Source of the DNA: a virus
Reading direction: 5' to 3' (one strand)
IMG/VR virus record: IMGVR_UViG_3300006750_000002
Span: 32,001 to 96,000 of that record
DNA: 64,000 bases
Part shown: piece after piece, positions 19,576-27,600 of the stretch
Layout of the letters: every line of letters begins with the position of its first letter
Position numbering within the stretch: the stretch's first letter is position 1
Translations under genes and position numbers: made by a program
Notes under the pieces: generated by a model
What the model was told of the DNA's origin: nothing
The model's input: only the letters and a program-made list of their open reading frames with translations
Database searches by the model: none

Positions 19576-20244
19576 ATGAATTACATTAGAAGAATACTTA
19601 GAGAGTATACGGAACAACCTTTAAATGAGTTAGCTAAAACTAATCGTTTAATTCTTTTAGACGTGGACGACACACTACTTAAACCTACTGGAGTATACAT
19701 CTATAGAAACTTACCTTCAGATAGTGAAGAAGTGACTTTAACCCCGTACGAATACGGATTAGAACATGTAACGCAAGACACAAAACAATATTACGATTAC
19801 CGAGATTTTATGGACCCCGTAAAGACCCAACAGTCTATTGAAAAAGCAGAACCCATAGTAGCTAACCTATCTGTAATGGATGACTACCTAAAATTAGGAC
19901 ATCAGATTGGAATACTAACCGCAAGGTCTAACGAAGACATTGTATATGATGGGTTAAGACAATTCTTAATGTATAAAGACAGTAAGGGGAATTTGGTCCC
20001 AATAGGTGACAGGTTATCTAGAGAAAATGTGTACGCTATAAATGATATAGACCGAGTTAGGACTCTTGAATCGGAAACAGATTATGAAAAGAAAGCTGAG
20101 GTAGTAGAAAAACTTTTAACTAAGTATGATGAAATAGTTTTCATAGATGATGATATGAAAAATATTAAACAAATGAAACTATTAAAGAGAGATTTACCGG
20201 AAAAGCTTGCTAATAAATTATTTGTAATGCATGCTAAAGAATAA
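19576..20244 (+). CDS. HAD-superfamily phosphatase
   Basis: Motif I LDVDDT, motif II ILTAR, and motif IV FIDDD. Confidence 0.8.
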   Translation: MNYIRRILREYTEQPLNELAKTNRLILLDVDDTLLKPTGVYIYRNLPSDSEEVTLTPYEYGLEHVTQDTKQYYDYRDFMDPVKTQQSIEKAEPIVANLSVMDDYLKLGHQIGILTARSNEDIVYDGLRQFLMYKDSKGNLVPIGDRLSRENVYAINDIDRVRTLESETDYEKKAEVVEKLLTKYDEIVFIDDDMKNIKQMKLLKRDLPEKLANKLFVMHAKE

Positions 20245-20291
20245 AGTCTTTAAGAAGTATTTATATAAATATAATAGCTTTTATGCTAGTA

Positions 20292-20304
20292 GATATATGG
20301 AATG
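20292..20304 (+). repeat. 13-nt direct repeat GATATATGGAATG, copy 2
   Basis: Identical to 19539-19551. Confidence 0.8.
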
Positions 20305-20352
20305 AGAAAAATAAAGTAAAGGGTTAATCTAGTCGATTTTTAAAAACCCGTA

Positions 20353-20359
20353 TATTTAT
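20353..20359 (+). promoter_or_regulatory. putative late promoter motif TATTTAT
   Basis: Upstream of the tube ATG at 20394; a second copy lies at 20258-20264. Confidence 0.6.
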
Positions 20360-20393
20360 TAAGAAATAACAATACAAAACAAAAAAAACTAAC

Positions 20394-20882
20394 ATGGCTG
20401 ACTTATTAATGAAAATGCCCATACCGTATGAACCTAAAAAGAAAAATAGGTTTATCTTAAGATTCCCTTCTTCATTGGGCATTAATGAGTGGTATGTGGA
20501 AAGTACTTCGAGACCTGCTGTTAACATTAATCCAGTAGAAATCCCTTTCTTAAACACTTCTACATATGTGGCAGGTAGATTTACATGGAACACTATTAGT
20601 GTGACATTTAGAGACCCTATAGGGCCATCAGCAGCACAAGCTCTAATGGAGTGGGTAAGATTACACGCAGAATCAGTAACAGGTAGAATGGGTTACGCTG
20701 CGGGTTATAAAAAAGACATTGATTTAGAGATGCTAGACCCTACTGGTGTGGTTGTAGAAAAGTGGATAATGCAAGGGACATTCTTAACCGATGTAAACTT
20801 TGATAGTTTGGGTTACAGTGATGATGCAATAGCTAGTATATCAGCAACTCTAAGACCAGATAGATGTATTTTAGTATACTAA
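20394..20882 (+). CDS. tail tube protein (T4 gp19-like)
   Basis: 162 aa with 'EPKKKNRFILRF', 'GRFTWNTISVTFRDPI' and 'YKKDIDLEMLDPTGVVVEKWIMQG'. Confidence 0.9.
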   Translation: MADLLMKMPIPYEPKKKNRFILRFPSSLGINEWYVESTSRPAVNINPVEIPFLNTSTYVAGRFTWNTISVTFRDPIGPSAAQALMEWVRLHAESVTGRMGYAAGYKKDIDLEMLDPTGVVVEKWIMQGTFLTDVNFDSLGYSDDAIASISATLRPDRCILVY

Positions 20883-20903
20883 TAGTATAAACATATTAAG
20901 ATT

Positions 20904-20934
20904 AAGACCCACACTAAGTTGTGGGTCTTTTATT
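20904..20934. terminator. bidirectional intrinsic terminator
   Basis: AAGACCCACA-N6-TGTGGGTCTT forms a 10-bp stem plus a T tract between the tube (+) and mom (-) genes. Confidence 0.85.
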
Positions 20935-21543
20935 TAATGGGGCTAAATTTTTATTTTTGGGATAAGGTTCTTCTCCCCATAAACAGTTTAATGTTTTATC
21001 GAACACTAGTAGGTATCGGTGTTTACGGTCACGAGCTCTCCACTTTCCTTTTTTTCCTTTCACGGGACCTCTTTGGTGTTTAACAAAAGAACCATCCTCC
21101 ATTTCGAACCAAAAATCCTTTTTAAATGAAGTTAAACCGTAGTATTTGAAATTTGTCGCTTGATATATGAATCCCGTATGTAACGACGAATCAGCGTAGG
21201 ATAAAATAGACTTTACCTCAGTTTTTTTTCTTAACAACTTAATTGATTTGGAAACAAACCAAGATAAAACATTTTTTTCTTTAATTGTGGGGCTAAGGCA
21301 CAATCTACCTAACTCATAAACACCCCCCTGTTCATCTCTCTTTAACCCAAAACAACCCTTTAATGTCTCAGGTACGGAAGGGGAGTGAAAGATGCAGACA
21401 CCAACCAATTCAGAGTCTTTATATAACCCAAAATTAAATCCACTTCTAAATCCTTTACTTTGTTTGTTTAAATAATGATATTGTGAAAGTATGGACTTAC
21501 ACAAATCTTTACTTATCATTTGTATGTTATAGGTTTTATCCAT
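20914..21543 (-). CDS. mom: Mom-like DNA adenine-modification protein (GNAT fold)
   Basis: 'YHYL', 'LVGVCIF', 'YELGRLCL', 'LSWFVSKSIKLLRK', 'ILSYAD..HTGFIYQATNFKYYG' follow the Mu Mom family pattern. Confidence 0.8.
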   Translation of the reverse strand: MDKTYNIQMISKDLCKSILSQYHYLNKQSKGFRSGFNFGLYKDSELVGVCIFHSPSVPETLKGCFGLKRDEQGGVYELGRLCLSPTIKEKNVLSWFVSKSIKLLRKKTEVKSILSYADSSLHTGFIYQATNFKYYGLTSFKKDFWFEMEDGSFVKHQRGPVKGKKGKWRARDRKHRYLLVFDKTLNCLWGEEPYPKNKNLAPLNKRPTT

Positions 21544-21591
21544 TATGATAATTATAGCAAAAATAAATTAAAAAGTACATAAAATAAACAA

Positions 21592-22368
21592 ATGGACCCA
21601 AGAGAATACTCAGACCCAACCCAAACGAACATACCATATGATGTGGTTCCTCTCCCGTCTAAAGGAATGTTCTACCAGAATAAGTTAGAGTCTGTAAAGG
21701 TAACATATTTAACCGCATCAGACGAAAACCTTCTCAGTTCTCCTAATATAGTAGAAAGTGGAAACATAATAGACGAATTATTAAGAAGAAAGATTTTAGG
21801 AAGTGAGGTGAATATTACAGAAATGTTAGAATGTGATAAACAAGCGGTTCTAATATTTTTACGTAACACTGCTTTCGGAGCGACATATGAGTTTACACTA
21901 ACTGACCCCAAAACAAAAGAATCCTTTAACCACACACACGATTTAAGTAGTGTTAGTATGAAAGAGTTTAATTTAATAGCGGACGAAAAAGGAGAATTTT
22001 CCTACTCCCTACCCATAACTAAAAAAATAGTTAAATTTAAATTTTTAAGCTCTACACAAGAAACGGAACTATCAAACATAGACTCACAATATGAAGGTAG
22101 AATTTCACCTAAAGTTACAAGAAGACTGGAATATCTTATACAAGAGATAGAAGGTGAAAGAGACAAAGGTAATTTAGCACAAATGATTCAATCAATGCCA
22201 ATAAAAGATTCTCAGGGGTTTAGAAACTACGTTAAAGACAACGAACCTGGGTTGGATTTAAAAGTAACAGTAAGGGCACCGTCAGGAGAAGAGGTCACAA
22301 CTTCGGTTGTGCTTGGTGCCCATTTTTTTCGTCCTTTCTTCGGAATACAGGCAGGGCGTGCTGGATGA
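21592..22368 (+). CDS. tail/baseplate-hub assembly chaperone (T4 gp26-like)
   Basis: 'VPLPSKGMFY...YLTASDENLL...DKQAVLIFLR' pattern; sits directly before the tape measure gene. Confidence 0.7.
   Translation: MDPREYSDPTQTNIPYDVVPLPSKGMFYQNKLESVKVTYLTASDENLLSSPNIVESGNIIDELLRRKILGSEVNITEMLECDKQAVLIFLRNTAFGATYEFTLTDPKTKESFNHTHDLSSVSMKEFNLIADEKGEFSYSLPITKKIVKFKFLSSTQETELSNIDSQYEGRISPKVTRRLEYLIQEIEGERDKGNLAQMIQSMPIKDSQGFRNYVKDNEPGLDLKVTVRAPSGEEVTTSVVLGAHFFRPFFGIQAGRAG
21600..21627 (+). repeat. 28-bp exact direct repeat, copy 1 (AAGAGAATACTCAGACCCAACCCAAACG)
   Basis: Identical to 49020-49047; both copies encode REYSDPTQT in frame. Confidence 0.95.
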
Positions 22369-22525
22369 AATCTATTATCTAGTAAAATTCGCAAATTTTA
22401 ATCACAAAGACTTAACAAATATGCCTGTTTATGAACGTAGGTATTATCTTAGTAAACTTATAGAAGAGTTTGACAAGAAAAAAGAAGCTGCAGAAAAACA
22501 AAAGAACAAGTCTGGAGGATTTTAA
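22307..22525 (+). CDS. T4 gp51-like chaperone segment, probably expressed as a +1 frameshift extension of the 21592 gene
   Basis: 'LDEIYYLVKFANFNHKDLTNMPVYERRYYL..LIEE' resembles gp51. It has no usable ATG or leader of its own and overlaps CAT-TTT-TTT-C at 22321-22330. Confidence 0.65.
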   Translation: MCLVPIFFVLSSEYRQGVLDEIYYLVKFANFNHKDLTNMPVYERRYYLSKLIEEFDKKKEAAEKQKNKSGGF

Positions 22526-22559
22526 AAGTAGATAGTTATCTATTTATATAAAAAAGACT

Positions 22560-24623
22560 ATGGGACCACTAGATTTTACTAAAGCGTGGAAGAACTTAAC
22601 TAACGCTGAACGAACGAGCTTCGGTGGGACGGAAGCTGAATATATCAAAAATCAGAAAACACTCAAAAGTACTCAGTCTAAGTCCACCCAATCAAACGAT
22701 AATCTAGCTGAAGGCCAAAACAAACTTAGTGGTATACTTAATAAAAATCTAGGACTATGGATTGACCTAAAAGATTCTATAGTAGGTGCCGAAGGTGCTC
22801 AATCTACCCTTAATAGTGTTACAAATATTGCGGTCGCTGCCCTAGAAAGAGAACAAAAAATACGTACTGAAATAGTTCAAGAGTTAGGGCAGGTGGGTGC
22901 CCTCCAACAAATGCAAAATGAAAATATTTTTCAAGCTTCAATAGAAGCTGAAAGATATGGTGTTACGTTAGACGAAGTATTAACCACAGTATCATCCCTA
23001 GCTCAACAAATGGGGAGAAATATGTTTATATCTGATGACGACATCGCTAGAGTAGCCATTTTTCAAAAAGCTATGGGTCTTACCAGTTCTGAAGCTGCAA
23101 ATATCTCTAAGTATTTCGACCAAATGGGATTCTCGATAGGAGAATCTATAGACAAGGGCAATGAAATGGCCACAGTTGCAAGACAGATGGGTGTTAATGT
23201 GGGTGATTTTATGAGTACAGTTTCATCTAATATGAAATTAATGAATACCTACAATTTTGCAGATGGTGTACAAGGGTTTGCAAAAATGGCCGCTCAAGCA
23301 CAAAAATTAGGTATTAGTATGGAGACTACAGCTGCCCTTGCAGAAAAAGTAATGGACCCAGAAGGAGCTATAGAATTAGCGGCAAACTTACAAGTAATTG
23401 GTGGTGCTGTTGGAGACTTAGCGGACCCATTTAAAATGATGTACATGGCGACCAACGATTTAGCTGGTTTACAAGATTCCTTAGTACAGGCAGGACAAGA
23501 ACTTGCGATGTTTAATGAAGAGACGGGTGAAATATCGTTTCCTCCGACTGCTCAGAGACAATTACGTGCTATGGCAGATGCTTTAGGTATGAATAAAGAG
23601 GAGTTTGCTTCGATGATTAAACTCCAAACAAAGTTTAAGTCAATGCAAAACCAATTCTCTTTTGAATTAGAAGGAAGAGAAGACATGCAGGAGTTTGTTA
23701 CTAGTATGGCCAGTTTAAATCAACAAACTGGTAAATATGAAATTAAAGTTCCTGGTTTAGATGACGCAGTCGAAATAGAAGACCTAACATCTAAACAACT
23801 AGACGCTTTAAAAGAAGTTCAAGACCAACAACAAATGACTGAAAAAGAGTTGATGGCGGAACAAACAGGTGTGTTAAAAAGCATTGAGAATAACACCAAC
23901 GCTCTAAATACCGCATTATTGGGGGGTGTGATAGAAGGTTTAGATTTAAGTAAGGTTTCCGTAGACCTGAGTCAAGCTATTAATAAAGCTTTTAGTAGTG
24001 ATGAATTAGGTAAAATTAGTGATAATCTTGCAGGATTACTATCAAGTGGTATGGAAAATGTGTTTGGTACTGAAATGTCTAACATTACAGGAATGATTGG
24101 TGAGGGTGGTAATGTTATGCAAGCTCTCATAGGCACCGCTATGGGTGGAACAGGGGACATAATGGAATTAATGACCGAAGCAAGTAAAAAAGATTTTGTG
24201 GTACAACAAGGATATTTTAAGATAAGTGAAGTAAAAGGGAAAGATGTAAATGATTTTAGTTTAGACCCTGGCAACACAAGAGCTGTTCTAACAGCAGATA
24301 GTGGATTTTTAATACCTTCAGTAAACGATACCGTAAGTGGTGTTGATTTAACCGCAGGAGCAAAAGGAGCAAATTTAGGTTCCTTAGTTAGTGGTGGTGG
24401 AAGTGTTCCAGAAAAAACAATAAAAGTAGAGTTTACTGGAATACCCTCCAGAATCCCGATTGAATTAAACGGTAAAAATATGGGAGACTTTAATTGGAAA
24501 GGTCTAATAGGTGACAACCTATTCATGCAAAACTTAAAATCACAGTTAATAGAAACTAACCTAACTACCGCTTCAGGTATGAATAATGAAAGAGAGTTAG
24601 CTAGGTATGATAGTATGGTATAA
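22560..24623 (+). CDS. tail tape measure protein
   Basis: 687 aa, Ala/Gln/Met-rich helical sequence following the chaperones; TATTTAT at 22541-22547. Confidence 0.8.
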   Translation: MGPLDFTKAWKNLTNAERTSFGGTEAEYIKNQKTLKSTQSKSTQSNDNLAEGQNKLSGILNKNLGLWIDLKDSIVGAEGAQSTLNSVTNIAVAALEREQKIRTEIVQELGQVGALQQMQNENIFQASIEAERYGVTLDEVLTTVSSLAQQMGRNMFISDDDIARVAIFQKAMGLTSSEAANISKYFDQMGFSIGESIDKGNEMATVARQMGVNVGDFMSTVSSNMKLMNTYNFADGVQGFAKMAAQAQKLGISMETTAALAEKVMDPEGAIELAANLQVIGGAVGDLADPFKMMYMATNDLAGLQDSLVQAGQELAMFNEETGEISFPPTAQRQLRAMADALGMNKEEFASMIKLQTKFKSMQNQFSFELEGREDMQEFVTSMASLNQQTGKYEIKVPGLDDAVEIEDLTSKQLDALKEVQDQQQMTEKELMAEQTGVLKSIENNTNALNTALLGGVIEGLDLSKVSVDLSQAINKAFSSDELGKISDNLAGLLSSGMENVFGTEMSNITGMIGEGGNVMQALIGTAMGGTGDIMELMTEASKKDFVVQQGYFKISEVKGKDVNDFSLDPGNTRAVLTADSGFLIPSVNDTVSGVDLTAGAKGANLGSLVSGGGSVPEKTIKVEFTGIPSRIPIELNGKNMGDFNWKGLIGDNLFMQNLKSQLIETNLTTASGMNNERELARYDSMV

Positions 24624-24670
24624 GTCTAAGATTTCTATTAACGAATATTTATATTAATAAATAAGACAAT

Positions 24671-27600
24671 ATGCCAGGGTCACCACAAAATAATAATTTT
24701 TCTTCATTAAGTTTTTCAGGTACTAAAGCACTTAGAGATTTACTTTTAACAAAAAATTTACCTAACCCAGAGGGTTTAGGTCCATATGGTAATTTTACTA
24801 ACTCCACATACTCTATTGCGTCCTTTTCAGTTAAAGATGTTATAGACCAACCAAGTGTAGAAGTTAACTCGGAAATGTTTTTAAATAAACTTTATTTAAA
24901 TAACGCTTACGGGCCAGAAGGTGGATATTCGGATTTTATAAAAATATACACTACGAGTCAAGGTATAGCTAAGGTAAACGAAGGAGAGTATCCTGATTTT
25001 ACCCCACCAGAGACTGGGGCAGGTTTATTTGGTGAAAACCCATTTAGGATTGTAGCTCGTTATTATTCACCAATGGACATACTATTAGGGGTAAGTGCGG
25101 AAGGACTTTTATCCCAAACATTGTTACAGGACAGTCCACTACAACAAGCGGGAGCGAGACAGCTAAGGTTTGAATTTCAAGAAAGAATAGCACAAGAACT
25201 TTATCAAGAAACAATTGGTAGACTTAGTTTTGTAGACGCATTACAAGACCCTATAGACGCTTTAGATATAGTTACGGGGAGACAACCCCTAATAAACAGA
25301 GATTATACTATAACACAACCTAAATCACTCGTAGGACAAGGATTAGACTTTGTATCTAGACTGACGGGAATATATGTCCCGTATTCTTACATACCTGGAG
25401 ATTATTTTGAATTAGAACCACCTAGAGGACTAAGCAGCGTAGAAAAATCTATTTCTGACATTACAGGAATATTGGGAAGTTTAGTGGGAATACCACGGAG
25501 GAGACAATCCCCTTCACAAAGATTTTTAGAATATACGGGAGGAGGAACAAAATCAAAACTTTTTAAAGCAATCAGATATAATAAATATGGGCCACAATAT
25601 GGTGAAGGTGCACAGGCACAGACCGCAATTGGTGCTGCGTTTGGTGAAGTTATAGATTTTGTTGGGGGAGGTATTCTGGGTTTTGGTAATAACCCACCCA
25701 ACCTACCACAATATATTGGAGGGCCTAGAAATAGGATTGCCGACATGACAAGTCCACCAGATAACACATATGCGGGTAAAAATTATGTGCAAATGTTTGG
25801 TCCCGACGCGGTAGCGAAAGAGTTCGACTCTAACGAGTATGAATTTGGGATGCGAGGGAGAAACTATAGTGACCAAGGAAATGTCCCAGGGGGATTTACA
25901 TGGTTTACGGATAAGACACCAGGAAGTGGATTTTTAAATAGTGTAGGTTCCTTATTTAACGCTAACGCTAATAGTAATAGGGTAGGACCACAGGAACCAG
26001 GAGCGACACAAGGGCCGGAAGGGTCTACAGATAATACCACACGGCATCAAGTACCAAACTCATACGACGACACCAAATCTACTAACTATAAATTTAGACA
26101 AGACAGTCTTATGGACACTACCCAACAGATTATAGATTCAGTACCTAAAGGTGGTGCCGGTCTAAAATCTGTTTCTCACGCTATGAACCAGGTGAGTAAA
26201 GTTTTTAATGATGGTTATAAAGAATTAACAAAAGGTTCACGAGTTAAAAAATTTGTAAATACTGATGCAACATCAGGAGAGGGGATAGAGCAATCGAGAG
26301 AGTACTGTAGGGTATGGACTAAAGATGTCCCTTATTACGCGTATGACAGACTGGTTAGGTTTAATATGAACCATAGAAAAGAAACATATTCTGTTTTAGA
26401 TAGTCCTTACAATTTAAATATTGCACCCCACAGAACCGATGAAAGTGGTAAGGGGTCCAGTAACATTGTTGACGGTAAGGTTAAAAAATATATGTTTTCG
26501 TTGGAGAATTTAGCTTGGAGAACAAGTGGTGAACCAGGATTTACATATGATGATTTACCTTCCTGTGAAAAAGGGCCAAACGGAGGAAGAATTATGTGGT
26601 TCCCACCATACGACTTAAGTGTAGACGAAGCGAGTTCAGCAAACTGGACTGAGAACAACTTTTTAGGTCGACCAGAACCAATATATACATATAATAATAC
26701 AAATCGTACAGGAAGTTTACGATTTAAAATCGTAGTAGACCACCCGAGTGTTCTAAACTTATTGGTTAGAAAAGAATTACAAAAGTTAGGACCTGAAGAA
26801 ACAGACGCTATTGTAGACTCTTTCTTTGCTGGGTGTAAAAAATATGATATTTTTGATTTAGCTAGAAAATGGAAACAGTTCTCAGTGAATGAATTAGAGT
26901 CCTTAAATGAACAACTTAACACTGCTGGATTGACAGACAGGGCCACTAGAGAAATTATAAATGAATCGGCAACTGAAAATCCACAGGAGACTAATCCCAC
27001 ACCATTACCAGAATTACAATCAGGACTATACTTCTTTTTTGATAACGACTATCCAGACACTAATACCAACTCTACTACATCTACGGTAAGTTATGTTGCG
27101 TGTGCTGAAGGGAGTATGTCACAATTTGGCCAATACCTAGTTCCAGGAGCGAGTTCTTTTGAAGAATATATTAATAGTGCTAGTGAAGCTGATAAACCTG
27201 GTTTTAGAACCTTCTTCACAGAAGACGCGGGTAAAAATGGTGGCATTGGTTCGGGTTCAGCTTATGACCAATATAATAACGTATGGCCACAATTTGCTAG
27301 AGATTTAAAACAGGTCTTAGATTCCGGTTTAAAAAATGTAACATTAATATTTGATGGTTCGTCAAGTTCTATCGCTACTTCCGCATACAATAAAAATCTT
27401 TCACAAAGAAGACTGGATTCCGTAATTAAAATGTTTGACACTTATGAGATTGATGGGAAAAAAGCTTTTAAACAGTATAGAGAGGACGGTACGTTAAAAA
27501 TACCTGATGGTAACTCCATGGGTGAGAGTCAATGTAACGTAGACACTGGTGGTACTGGTGAAGGTGAAGAGGGGCTTGGGTTAAATGAGACTGGTGTGAT

